Shown: positions 48,009-61,499 of the stretch, one piece after another
Layout of the letters: every line of letters starts with the position of its first letter
Numbering within the stretch: the stretch's first letter is position 1
DNA from: Epiperipatus broadwayi
Lineage: Eukaryota > Animalia > Onychophora
Length of the DNA stretch: 64,000 bases
Direction: 5' to 3'
Assembly: GCA_028023455.1 (NCBI GenBank)
Contig: JAQFVV010000003.1
Location: forward strand, 7,068,001-7,132,000
The notes under the pieces: generated by a model
What the model saw: the letters and a program-made list of their open reading frames with translations, nothing else
Databases searched by the model: none
What the model was told of the DNA's origin: nothing
Program-made: the position numbers and the translations under genes

Positions 48009-51000
48009 TATATTGTTATAAACGTTTTGACATTTTTCACATCTTCACAAGTTAATTATACGGCTTCTGTTCAAAATTCAAGCTTTGTTTTTCTTCACTA
48101 TATTTAATTTCTGGTATAATGTAATAATTCCTTCATAAATTTATATTATTTTTAAAATATTTCAAGATTTGTCAAAAATTGTTCAATTGTTCTTAAAAAT
48201 AAAAAAGTACAAACTAATCCATAAAAGTCTTTTTTTGCTATTTTTATTCTCTTCTTAAGTACAATAGTAAATTGTATGATAATTACTCAGTAGAAAACCC
48301 TAGTGACAAATTAACAATTCTATTCAATTAGTATAAAGTAATCCTCAGGATGTGAACCAAAAACACTCAAAAAAATTAATGTGTATAACAATAAGGTAGA
48401 AGTCCAGGGCCAATGAATAACACATTACTATTACTGATAATTTTATAAACTGTATAAATTTTATAAATAAAGTCAGATATGTGAAATGGGTTTAATTTAT
48501 ATTGTATTAAAATTAAGCAGTTTTTTATTAAGATGAGATTATTTAGAAGCCTGTTAAAGTTAGATTTAACATAGGGGTTTGTTAAATACTTTATTTGAAG
48601 CATAGATTTGGTAGAAAAAAAAACTTTGAGTATTTAAATAAAAGATTGGAGGCTTCATATATGTGGGTTTGGAATAGAACAAAGATACTAAAAACACAGA
48701 AGTGAAAAAGAGTGAGTGGAAAAGTATTATTTATTAAGAAATTAGAATTGCAAAAAAAAAAGGATTTGTGCATACTTGGAGAAAGAGGAATTATAATATA
48801 TTTGCTGGATTATCAAAGATGAAAAGAAAAAAAAGAACAGAAAAAGGAAAAAGTTAATAGATTATCTTAAGGAAGAGACAACTATTGATGTTTGATAAAT
48901 GGAGCAAGGAATGAGGTGGCTTAGTGATGGTCATCTGAGTTGATATGTGAGATCTGTTTTTCAAAAAATGTGATAGTTAAATAAAACAAGATCTTGGAAC
49001 TGAAATACAAAATTTTTTAATATATATTTACTTTGGTAATGAAAAGAAAAGAATGACTGTAATCAGATAGATCATCAGCAAGAATAATAAAATGTTTCTG
49101 AAAATCATTATTTTTACAATTTGGTATGTCATTAGTATAGCTTTAATATATATATATATATTTCTTATAATATTTCTTTCATATACACTTCAATGCAATC
49201 AAATTTTCTTAAAAAACTTCTTTACTTTCCTTACAGTTTCGACTGTCCAGCAGTCTTCATCAGAGCTTTATCTTCTTAAATGAATACATAAGTGATAAAT
49301 ATTGTGAAAAATAAAATACTGCATGATCAGCTGTTTAGGAAGTCATCATATTCAAGCATTAAGTAGCAAGTTAAATACAACAGTTCTGTTCATATGATCT
49401 GAATTTTTCTTCCTCAAGTTGACAATCAATCCAAAAAATTTTAGTTCAAAAGATCAAAGCTTTGTCACTATAATAAACTATACAAAGCAAAATAATCATA
49501 TGATTAGTTTCTCAGGACTCATGTGATGTTTGAGCATTCAACAGATTGCACAGACAGCATCATTATCTAAAATGAATTTATTCAGCTGAAAATTGATCCA
49601 AAAACCAATAATGTATTCAGTGAATCATGCTAATTCAAGCACTCATATGACAAGCTGAGTACATTATTTTCATGGATTGTATTTGTACATTACTTATTTG
49701 GAAATCAATTATTTAGACTTCTATTGTGTCACGTTTACCATGTATTATATCACTGAGGACAAAACTAAATATACATAAAATATATAAATAATATAGAGAA
49801 AAAAAATAGCCACAATCTTACAGCCATTTTTGTGGGAAATTTAAAAAAACCAATGAATATAATTTCTTATGAAAATGCACTCTCCAGGATGTGGGACTTT
49901 CTGTTTCATTATAGCCAATAAAATTTGAAAGGATAACAGCAGATCACTTATAATAATAAAGTTACACTTATTCCTTTCTTGAGTACATAATAAATATTTT
50001 ATTATTTTGATATTTTGTCAAAATACTTTTTTTTTTCTAAAAACAGTTATCTACCCTTTAATCCACAATAACCAATAGATAATAGATAGTAGTCTATTAT
50101 ATCTGCATTCCTAGACCAACTACTAATATTTGCCTATATCACTGAAGAATTAAAATTCCAAACTGAAATTCATATAGTTGTGCATTATCTCCTTTAAATT
50201 ATCAAACAACAGCCTGAAATTAAATTTTTGAATTTCAGGTTATTACCTTGAAAATCAAGGGGGTTTAAAATTTGCATACATGCATTATTTCCAACTTTTA
50301 AAACTTATTGATGAAGGCAAACACCAAAAACTGATATAGAACTGTGACCATAAAATTACTATTAATTAGTATTTATTGATTACCTAAGCTTACAGTAGCT
50401 AGTTCCGAATTTGGCTAAAGAGAACTGTTCTTGGAAGCATAAGTTGAAAGTATTCTAAGAATGTTACATAAAGTTTATCACTATTAGTCTATCAAGGTTC
50501 TCATAATTTTTTTTATCTATTTTCAAAAATTGCAACTAAAGAATTATTCTTCCTACAGCAGCAAACAAAAATGATTTTTCTCTCTAAATCAAAGTTCATT
50601 ATAACTAGTTGGAACTCACTTTAAATTTATTATATACCTAAAATTGTTTATATTATTTGAAATACTTCATTTTTATATATTTATTTCAATCATGAAATGT
50701 TTCTCCATTAAATAGACATCATGTAAACTATGTGCATAATTATGACATAGCCAATTATGTATTGAATACATAACTGAGTTATATTTTGTAATATTATGAA
50801 TAAGAGCATTTAAATATTATTTACTGTTATTTAGTTAAGACAAGATTTTATATAATAGTCAAATTTAGCTTTAATTTATAATATTATAAGATATCCAGTA
50901 TAATGTTTTTCTGACATACATGATTATGTTATGTTGATATTTAATTGGTGATCCTTTCTAAAAAGAAATTAATTAAGTTTCTACTAGAATAAAGTATATT

Positions 51001-54000
51001 TATGTATGTGTTTACTAATTGTACAAAAGGCAGTATGTAAATAATTGTGAATTTCATAAAGTAAATAATACTATAATAATAATGAATTTTATAAAGCAAC
51101 TAAGATTTTCATTTACATATTCGTATAAAGTTTCAATAAAAATAAAATTGATTATAATTTGCTTACCTGACAACTATAAAGAATAATGCAAATAATAGTT
51201 TCAGGTACTTTGTGTTTCACACTTTGAAATAAAGTGAGTGAAATCTGCTTATTACAAATAAAATGTAAGCCTATTCTAGTATGTGTTTGGTGGGATGTTG
51301 AGACTTAACACAGCTGATAAAAGAAATTCCTCTAAAACAGACCTGTGAATCTTATATTTTATAATTCAGAATATGATTATTATATAATATATCTTAATTA
51401 AATAAGCTAATAGAGAATGCTTAGATGCTCTCTTTCATAATAACTATAACTATCCAGTACATTGAAATGTTTTAATTAAATATAACTTCTTATGATTTAA
51501 TAAACTGTGAAAGTTATGGATTTAAAAGCAGAAGATTTCTGGATTGATTCCCAATTGAAAAAAATAAAAAAATATTTGGTCAGTAGTTTTGAACTGTTAT
51601 ACTTTTTAGACATGTTTATAACTGAGCATCATGTGACTTTTACACAAAAATATATGATTTTTTTTTAATAATTAAAATAGAAAAAAAAAGAACATATTGA
51701 TAAATTATAATTAAATTATTTTAAAATCTCATATAAAACAAATATTGTGAATATATATTAGCAACAAATAGAAAATTTATGATAACAAAATCATATACAT
51801 AAAGTGGATATCTAAAAATGTTAAATTACGAACATTCCAACAGTCGTCAAATTAATATGATATCCAATAAAATAGTTTGGAATCAATATACAAGATATGT
51901 AATATGACATAATCTGGAAGAATATGAAACTAAACATAAGCAGTTTAAATCAATAAAAGTATACAACAATTAAGACACAAAATTTGCTGCAAAATGAAAA
52001 AACAGACATAGCTGAAATCTAATCAGTTGGTGTGTTTAAATTGAGAAAAATGAAATGATTGCAAAATAATATGTAAAATTTACATTGCATTCCTTCTTGC
52101 AGTGCTTATGCCCAGGGATGAAATCCACACTGAGTAAAATTATTTTTAAGAGGCTTACTGTAATAAATAGTCTGTAGATTGGCTTATATAATGATAAGTT
52201 CTAAGCACAAGTGGTTCAATTATGCTTTTTAAACTGATTCTTATGGGTGAATCCATGTAAATTTGTGAAGAGCACATAACTGAAGGTTTATTTCCCTTCT
52301 CTATTTTTTTCAAAAGCCTTATAACTTTCTTTCAGCTAGCTGGTCAATAAATGGATATCTATGTATTGTTAGTTGGTGATTAAAATAAAGATGGAAAGCT
52401 GCTCAAACTCTCACTACCAGAGAATTAGAAAGTTAAATGAGTACTGTTGTTGAAGGGAATTTTGTTCTGCAGTTAACTATTTATAAAAAAAATGAAATAC
52501 TATTTTTACTTTTTTTCTTATAGACTTGATTCAAAAATACTTATTTGTAATTTTGACTCAAAACAAATGACAAAACATTTTGATCACAAGCAGTCTAAAC
52601 TAAATTATTCAGAAATGTTGTCCCACTAATTAGACTTGGATATTATAAACAAACATGATCAATTTATCCTAAACTATGAATAGTTTTTAATATCTTCCCA
52701 ACAAAAAATAATACATGTGGTAAGATATGAAATGACTTTTTATTAAAGAGTAAAATATATATATGGAAACATTTACATCTAGAAGTAAACAAAGAACCTA
52801 TTTCATTTCTACCAGAACATCAACAAAACTTCAATCTTAGAAAATGGATAAATCTGAAAGTCCAGGATTCATTTTTCACAACACCAATAGCTTATAAGTT
52901 TATCTTAATTTCCATTAGCATATTAACAGTTAAAAGTCCAATAATAATACATTAGGTTTGTGAGAATCATAATGGTCTAAGAGCTCATTAAAGATTGTGA
53001 TGTATCTCCAAATAATGAAATAGACATCACAATTGTTTTATGAAAATGGCAAGAATCATAGACTATTATCAATGGTAGTCATAATATTCAACTTCCTAAT
53101 TACATCAATCTATCTTCTAGCAAAAAAAACAATACATATTTACTATATTATATATTATTTTTAATAATGTTTCAAAGTCTATTAATCCACTTACTATCAT
53201 AATCATAAAGTCTGGGTAAATTTTTAAAAAGTTTTTCAGAAGATGAGGGTTTTCTAAGCAAATTCCTCTCATACTTTTTTTTTTGTGTGGAAAAATTCTG
53301 GGGAACTTTTTTTCCTACAGCAGATCATTTAAGATGGATTATATCTTTTTTACCTATGTATATTATTTATGAACAGCTTCATGATGTAGAAGTAGAAGAT
53401 ACAATTGCCATATCTACAATCTAGAGTTTGAATTCAACCAATAAATTTTTTTCAGAAGATTTAGGATTTTTCTTTCAGATAGCTGTACCATAGTCAATCA
53501 GATAATCACCCAGCATTAATCAGCAAATTATCATCTAGCTATTCTTAAATAAAGATAAGAATAAGGATGGAAAAATATTCAAACTCTCCCTATCTGGCAA
53601 TTAACAACTTTGTGAGAACTATCTTCTCCTTCATTGTTTTTTTATGAAAGATTATTGGAAAGACTTTTGCCTTATAGTAAGTAGTCTATTTATTAAAAAC
53701 ATTTCTTTATATATTTCTATAATCTTAATAATAATATAAAGACTTCATTAAGAATTTTGATGCCATTCTAAATAATGAGATGTTAGAATTAACTTTATTA
53801 AGAAAATGGCAAACTATCACTGATGATGATGAAATGTTATTGCAGAGACATATTAACCCATCACAGGAGCAAATTATTATATATTTTTCCACTAGTTTAG
53901 CACAGTAATCGTCTAGTTGATTCAGATCTAAAAACTCCAAGATCAAATCTCCGCTGGATAATAAAAATAAAGAGACTCAGTTCAGTCTAAAACATCACAT

Positions 54001-54065
54001 CTCCTAAACAACCAATTATACAATTACTTTTACATATAGTTATATATTTTTTAAAACTCACTATA

Positions 54066-55387
54066 CACCCGGGTCTCGTTTTATGTGGATTTATTTAATG
54101 CGATTTTGAAGTTATGTGATTCATGATTCTTCTTAATATCTTTATATGCGGTTTTCTTTTATGCAATAAAAATTATTCGATCAGAAGTGAGCTCTGATAA
54201 TGTGCTATTACTTTAAATATTATAAATTTCGCGCTTTCACATCATATTTAAAGTAATAGTCATTATCGGAGTTCGACTTTCATCTAATAATTTCAATATT
54301 TTCAGCGCTTTATAATAGTACTGTAATAGATTTTACGTAACAAAGAAGTTCATAATTCACTTAAAATCAGAATTTCCCCATTTTATATACACACATTAAA
54401 TTTTACAAGACTATAATGTAAATCTGTTCAAACGTTATAGATGAAAAATACTATGTTTGTTATTGTTTTTGCATTTTAAATCACATTCAATTTTTGCTTT
54501 TTATAAAACGAGTACGTAATTAATTAATCATTTAGTGTCCGCAAGTTTATTTTTAAAAGGTGAGTAACAGCAGTAGGCACAATTAAATTTGACAATTAAA
54601 ATCTGATTTTTAATTGTAATTAACAATTTAAAAGTTACGTAACGTGATCTGAAATTAATTTGATGTGAAATGATGAAATTTGATTTTTAAACGGAATTGA
54701 AAATTAAAAAATTAAAAACAAAAATAAGAATTTAATTTTTAACTGTTAGTTTTAATTAAATTTTGTTCAACAGTGGTGAGTCAGTGTCTTTTTATTATTG
54801 TAAGTCTAAGTTCTTAAATTTTAAACTTTTAGTTTACTCTAATGGAGAGAAGAAAAAAACGCCCAAGAAAATGAATTTCTTTGGAAACAAAAATTTCAAT
54901 TTTAGATCGCTTAGCGAAATGGGAAGGATCAATAGCGATTGGAAAACATTTTAGTTGTATTTCCTCTTGACTTCGTTTAAGAAGAAGCTACAGTACCTCA
55001 CATCACATCACATCATTACAAATCTGATGTCTCAAATAGCGATAATAATTCAAATACCACACATGTATGAAAAAAATGTAAATTACGCATAAAAATATAT
55101 TGTTTTGAATAAAATTAAATACTGTAGTTAATAAAAAAATAAAAAAAGTTTGTCTTGTATCAATTTTTTCAAATTTGAATTTTTTTATTAGTCATATTTT
55201 ATTTTCTTATTTTTTTTTCATGCGAATTTTAAAGTAATTTTATGTTGTTGCTTTGCTTTTATGTGATTTTTGGAAAATTACAGTCGTATCGCCCATTTTT
55301 CAAGGTAAGTTACGTCTACTTTTGTGCAATTTCTTTTGTGCGCATTTTCTGAGGAACCTATCTACCGCATAAAATGAGGCCCAGGTG
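54066..55387 (-). mobile_element. Second copy of the same pogo/Tigger-like element (longer, inverted relative to the first)
   Basis: Ends TA|CACCCGGGTCTCGTTTTATG and CATAAAATGAGGCCCAGGTG|TA. The internal sequence matches the reverse complement of 47078-48008. Confidence 0.85.
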
Positions 55388-56663
55388 TATTTTAATGACA
55401 GTGTACGGAGATTTATATTTAAGAAATAGCGCATTATCTGACTTTGGCTTTAATAATTTTAATGACAGATGTAATTTTCTTCTTTTTTTAACTCATTAAA
55501 TTGATATATCTTTTATTTCATTAATATAGAATCGTCTTTACTTGGATTTTTTGTTTACACTTTGGTTATAACAAGTGATTTTCTAATTAACACTAAGACT
55601 TTTAGAGAAATTCCAATATTATTCAGAAATATGCAGAAATCAAAAGCACAATTTTTTTTGCAACTTTAAAGCATGTATTGGAAAAGACTTCATAGCCTGA
55701 TGATTAGGTTTTCATATAACATGCCCATTATTTATGATACAAAATTGGGAAGAATCTTTTATTTCTTTTTTCCCTCCAATTAGCTGAGAAATTAACACAC
55801 TATTTTGGTCATCCAGTATTTATAAACAAATAAATAAAGATTGAGTGTCATTTAAGCATAAGAAGTGATAGATTGAAATCCCTCTAGATAAGCTTGACAG
55901 TGACAACAATTCTTGAGTCTGTCACTTTAGCATTGCACTAGACGGCATAGTACCAATTTTTGTCAAAAAATGAGTATCTAGCTAGAAGGTAAAGATTCCA
56001 AAATAATCTGAATTGATCATATGAGAGTTATGTTACTGGTAGTAAAACAGAAATAAAATATAATAGGATACAGTATTTTCTATTCAAAGAAAAGGTGATT
56101 GATTTTTAGGTATGCTCAATTCATGGTTTATCTTTGTGTATTTAAAGGCAATTATTGTACTGAATTGTTATTCATTGCCAACATTAGATATTTTCATAAG
56201 TTAAAAAAATAGATATACTGAAACTTATAAGTTAATATTATGATTTTTTTTGTTTTGATAAGAATAATAAAAATGAAATATCTTAAATGTAGATCAAATT
56301 ATAATTCATTCTTTTTATTACAGAATAAAATGTTTGCGTTGAAATGATAATATACAGGTATATGCATGAATATGTTAAATATACGAAAGTAATTTTTTTT
56401 TTTCAGATTCATATTTACAATAAAACTATTTATTATAATATATATAGATAGATAAAACAGCTTTTAAATAACACAAAACTAAATAAATGCTTCTCCAACA
56501 AGCTCCAGAAAAAAAAAATTCTAATTTGCCTTATTTTGGATGATTAACTTAGATTAATTTAGCGCTGACTACCAGAATAGTAAATCCTAAGCCGGTTTGA
56601 AACTTAATAATTTTTCTCAAGTTTTAAACTCTATATTGTCAAGCCTGACCAGTGACAATATTA

Positions 56664-56744
56664 GCATAGGAGTCAAACTTACATCTTTAGATTCATGGAT
56701 ATCGAATTCTAAGGCAAAGCTCTAACCAACTGAGCTATTCTGCC
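56664..56744 (-). mobile_element. Degenerate tRNA-derived repeat
   Basis: Minus strand GGCAGAATAGCTCAGTTGGTTAGAGC (A-box/D-arm) ... GTTTGACTCC (B-box-like). Confidence 0.4.
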
Positions 56745-59700
56745 AAAGCTTTGGATATTGTCAAGTTTTACAATGCCCAGATATTTTTTTTTTTTTCCCC
56801 CTCCCTTTTTTTTTTTTTTTTTTTTTTTCCCCTTTCCTCTTCGGTCATATATAGTTTATGTAATGCAAGAGAATTATTCCGACTAAATAATATGTAAATA
56901 TACTTAAATTTGTTTTCAAACAAAGTAAAAATGTTTTCAAATAATAATAAATGAAAAAAAATCCGCAAAAAGTTTTTTTTTTTTTAATTATTAGGAAATA
57001 CTTTTACTCTACTTCATACGAACTCAATTCTATTTATTTATACTCTCTGTGTATACATGCATGATACTACAACATATAACTTTTTAAATGCTAATATAAA
57101 ACTTTTATCAAGTTCATATATTTTACTTTTTAAAAATCTAATTAAAAAATGAAATAAAAATACATAAGGCCAGTTTTGAATACCTTACTTTTTCATCAGA
57201 TACATTAGATACCTAAAGGGCTATATATTACAGAATTATGAAAATAAATCTTAGAAGATAGAACTATATTTGATCTTATAATAGCTCAAATGATTATATA
57301 TATATCGACATGCATATATATGACATTGAAATCATGTTTAGCTTTGGTAAAAATTTTAATTTGCTTCCATGTTTTAAAGTAAAAAAAAACCTTTTTGAAA
57401 AAACCTTTTTTTTTTTCTATATATGTCAAATCCAGCTTTGGTTTAAAGATAATTTTAATTTAACACAAAACGTAATGAGGTCAAAAAATTAGATTTAAAT
57501 GTCAATTCAATGTTTCAAACAGTCACAGTCAGTAGGAGAGACAATCCAAGTTACATTACTGTTTTTTACTAAAACTAATTTGACTTATTTTGAAAGAAAT
57601 GAAATTAACTGATTCTAACTTGTAATCTATATAATTCTCAGTTAAAATATGATATATACTTTACAATATATATTTGTAATCATATGTCTGTTTATTTCCA
57701 TCATCTAATTAAATTATTAAACGTTTTTTGAAAAATTCAAATGTAATGATATGTTTTCCAAATGCGTTCAACTGTTAGCAATCATACATATATCAGTATA
57801 GAACACAATGCAATGTTTTAAGTATTATTCGATTCACTTTTTCAGGTATTGCTGGCTGACCAGTGGCAATTTAGCTGATTCATGCTGAATTTAAAGTGGG
57901 ACTGGATCATCTAGAATGTTCTACCCGAGGTACAACATAATAGTCAGTAAAAATTGTATACACTTAACAATGCCAGTCTTATGATTTCTTCATTTTTTTT
58001 CTTTTAGGATAATGTTAGTAAGTGGTTTCAAAATATTATGAATCACTCTAGATTGATTTATAAGGTTATTTGCAATATATCTGAAAAAAGTATAAATAAA
58101 GTTGGAATTTTTGAAAAAAATTTTAACAATTCAAATGATGGATATAGTCCAACATATAATTTAAGTAAAATGTTATCATCACAAACATTTAGTACAATAT
58201 ATATATATTGTCATGGTAAGGATTGTACATCCATGCAAAAAAATCCAGAACACAGGTAAAATATACTAAAGCTGATCGAATCTAGATGGTAAGACTCAGA
58301 ATCCAACCAACGTTCAATCCTTTCACCCCTGTTCAATTATCTAATACCCTATGGATGACATTTCCCAAATTACACATGCATTCAATTTAACCATGGTCCG
58401 GCGTAGCATCAGGGTGGAACAAGAGACTGTAAAATAACTAAATTAACACTGAATTAGTTGAATATATACACACATGGCTAAGTGAACCGCTACTATATTA
58501 GTGATTAATTACTAAATCTAATAGAGTGATCTATATATATTGATGTACATACAAATTAATATAGAGTTGGATGTAAAAATGAATTCACGAGCAATAAGGG
58601 CATGAAAACGAGTTATATTCTAAATATAATATTAATTTAATAAAGAAAATAAAAGATACTAATATATACAGAATTATATAGTTGGAACGTGAAAGATTAT
58701 GCTCGCAGGTGTTACATAGTTAATGAGATTAGATTCTACATATCTCATTATAAGTGTTTAATAAAACTGATGTGCGGTATTCAAGTTTATGCCTATATTA
58801 ATATGCCAAATTTCTAGCTATCTTGTGGTCTGCTAAATAATATGAAACATAATAGCCAAAATTATATAAGTAATCTTATAGCACTTCTGTGGCATTTATA
58901 TATATATCAGATTAAATTGAGCACATAATTAGGCTCGGAGATACGCAGACTAGCATGTTAACCTAGATTAGGGTTTATCTTAATGCTGAATAAGCATTTA
59001 ATATAAAGGGAGAGAAAACTGGTTCATTCTAGGTTTACTTATATACCTATCGCATATATTAAAATATTAATAAAACTAGAAGATGCGAATGGGTCATTAT
59101 TCACGGGCTTCAGTATCAAATGATCGGTGCCCTAAGACCAAATGACTTGCTACAATAAGAACAATAATAGTTCAGGGAGTTGGATAAGCATTAATATTAA
59201 TAATCTGGACCCTTGTATTCCAGTTCTAAAAGAGCACGCTTTACCGAACTAAGTGGAATAAGTATGTGACCTCTGCCAGCAACTCATCAAGAAACATGTA
59301 GCAAGCAGTTTATGTACATAACGTATTTAGTAAGGACACATCCACAGCTTATATATATAATGCAAATACATATAATTAACTTAGCATGCCTTAAAAATAG
59401 ATAGCGTCTATTTGCATATCTATATAACCCAGTTCTCAAGTTTAATATTTCAAATATACTATTCAGGGATTAAATTAATTAGTAACCTAGCTTAAGATTA
59501 CCATCTGTGTTTCTAACATATATAAATCTAAGGAGGCCACAGCATATTTGAAGGGCAATTACTGACAAAACATTATAAATATGCTTTGATAATATCCCTG
59601 TGGCTAGTTCCTATGATATATGGATTACATATATAGAAAGATATAACTTATAACTAAAAATAAGCAAACTACAATTTTAACTAGAGCACTACTGATTACT

Positions 59701-60122
59701 ATAATATTAATTTACAAAATTAATCAGTAAATCAAAAACATGATCTCGAAACAGTGTCTGGAAAAATAATAATTCAATTATTTAATATTTATTATCACGA
59801 AGGTTTGGAATTATCTTCGCAGAGAAATAAGTTAAAGTTATATATGTATACTCGCAGTTTCGAGTTATTTGGCATATTAAATACATGTAATATTAAAATG
59901 ATAAAAATTATCAAATAAATGGAATAGATCAAAATAGGCATAAAAGACCGCAGAAAATTATAAATATAGTTTAAATAAATACATTGCACAGGCTTAATCC
60001 TGCATTTACATATGTAATACATGCGAGATTCGAACTCAGACTTTCACACAACCCACTACTCTCAGCGCCATCTCATATTTCTGACCCACCTGATCACACA
60101 CATGTTGAAAAGATAAATAATC

Positions 60123-60167
60123 ACCAATATACGTATTTTAATCTAAAGCAGCACTCACCAGTTGGTC
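60123..60167 (-). ncRNA. Family-2 hammerhead relic (core mutated: CTGGTGA, AAAA)
   Basis: Minus strand ACCAA CTGGTGA GTGCT GCTTT AGATT AAAA TACGTA TA TTGGT. Confidence 0.6.
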
Positions 60168-60416
60168 CAGATTACCGTCTTCACACATATATACAATCAG
60201 TGCTCAGCTTTATATTAAGATAGCTAATACTCATACTTTAATGGACAGGCTTCAAACTACTTCAACCCACAACTCTTCAGCCTTCCATTTCATTGAAAAT
60301 CTGATGATGGAACATTCAAAGCCCATGTTTGAAGCCTGCCCATTAAAGTATGAGTATATGCTATCTTAATATGAAGCTGAGCACTGATTGTATATGTGTG
60401 TGAAGATGGTAATCTG

Positions 60417-60460
60417 GATCAACTGATGAGTGCTGGTTTAACACAAAATACATATATTGG
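60417..60460 (+). ncRNA. Family-2 hammerhead relic (G12 lost)
   Basis: ATCAA CTGATGA GTGCT GGTTT AACAC AAAA TACATA TA TTGG. Confidence 0.6.
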
Positions 60461-61164
60461 TGATTATTTATCTTTTCAACATGTGTGTGATCAGGTGGGT
60501 CAGCAATATGAGATGGCACTGAGAGTAGTGGGCTTTGTGAAAGTCTGAGTTTGAATCCCATATATATATAGTTTAAAGTAGATTATTATAGTTTTACATT
60601 TTAGAAAAGGATTTTACATTATAAACTTTACATTCAGATAAGATGAGTTTTACAGAAATTAGCATTTAAAAGCTTTCTTTGCAGATTTAAGAAAATGAAT
60701 TTACAAGGTAGATTTGATAAATAACTAGCTTTAAATAGATAGTTGAAAGTTACAGTTTATGAACAGAGCTCTGCAGAAATTTGTTAAATTAACAGTTAGT
60801 TGTCTTCATGGCAGCTTCAGGCATATGGAGATGATACAATTGGCACTTTTCCTTGATGATTTGATGCTAATGGAGATTCTTCCACTACAGGCTGATTTGC
60901 TGAGGTATAGTTCACTGTATTTTGCAGGACCATGCTTCCACCCCTGACAAGGATGAGGCTGTAAGCGATTGCCTACTTACCCTACCATTTCAAAGGTAAA
61001 ACATGCATGGGTTCAGCTCATAACTCAATTAATACATATATGATTGATCATTCGACTACAAAATTTGAACTACAGGTATTTATATTTTTCTTAATTCTGA
61101 CCATCTGGTTGTTTACAACCTTGACTGTAGTTGGAAAATCCTTTAACTTATTTTAGAAAAACAT

Positions 61165-61226
61165 ATTTAATTACTAAAACTAATTTATATATATATATAT
61201 ATATAAATTAGTTTTAGTAATTAAAT
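61165..61226. repeat. Perfect 62-bp palindrome centred on (AT)9
   Basis: Arms ATTTAATTACTAAAACTAATTT / AAATTAGTTTTAGTAATTAAAT flank 18 nt of AT repeat. Confidence 0.95.
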
Positions 61227-61264
61227 TTCTATTTTTCTACCTTTTCTCACCTGGTTTATTATTA

Positions 61265-61499
61265 AACCACTAAACATCACATGATCACCAGATGGCTGCT
61301 GGAGGGTTGCATTAGATCCTAAGATCTAGGTGCAGTGCTCTCAGATCCAAGGCTCCTCACTGATGATGGCCACAAGCCAGAAACTAGTCTGGGGATATTG
61401 GATGAGTAGGCACTAGATAGGGATTTTATGCACAAGCCTTCTGGCATCCATTGATTACTCTGTTTGGCACAGGATGGCACTACTGTATGGAGAGTTTTG
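61265..61499 (+). mobile_element. Family-1 hammerhead element (235 bp) flanked by a 15-bp direct repeat
   Basis: CCTGGTTTATTATTA at 61250-61264 and 61500-61514. Homologous copies at 4.5, 31.5 and 43.3 kb. Confidence 0.9.
61345..61403 (+). ncRNA. Intact minimal type I hammerhead ribozyme; predicted cleavage after C61389 (GUC)
   Basis: Stem I ATCCAA/TTGGAT plus TCCTCA/TGGGGA with a GGC/TA internal loop; core CTGATGA (61360-61366); stem II TGGC-CACAA-GCCA; GAAA (61380-61383); palindromic CTAG loop; GTC triplet. Confidence 0.88.

Larger units (their letters stand above)
59977..60561. mobile_element. Family-2 hammerhead elements, head-to-head inverted pair
   Basis: Left arm 59977-60257 (sense minus) and right arm 60327-60561 (sense plus), 69-bp spacer. 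Homologous to 143-430. Confidence 0.9.

Noticed and set aside
53300-53950. LINE endonuclease relic (MLGDYLID) on the minus strand
   Set aside because: One weak motif amid many stops; insufficient.
57840-59970. Mitochondrial insertion (NUMT) or rRNA fragment
   Set aside because: No conserved rRNA or mitochondrial protein motifs recognised.
60810-60860. QLQAYGDD, resembling a non-LTR RT YADD motif
   Set aside because: Followed almost immediately by a stop with no neighbouring RT motifs; may be chance or a tiny relic.
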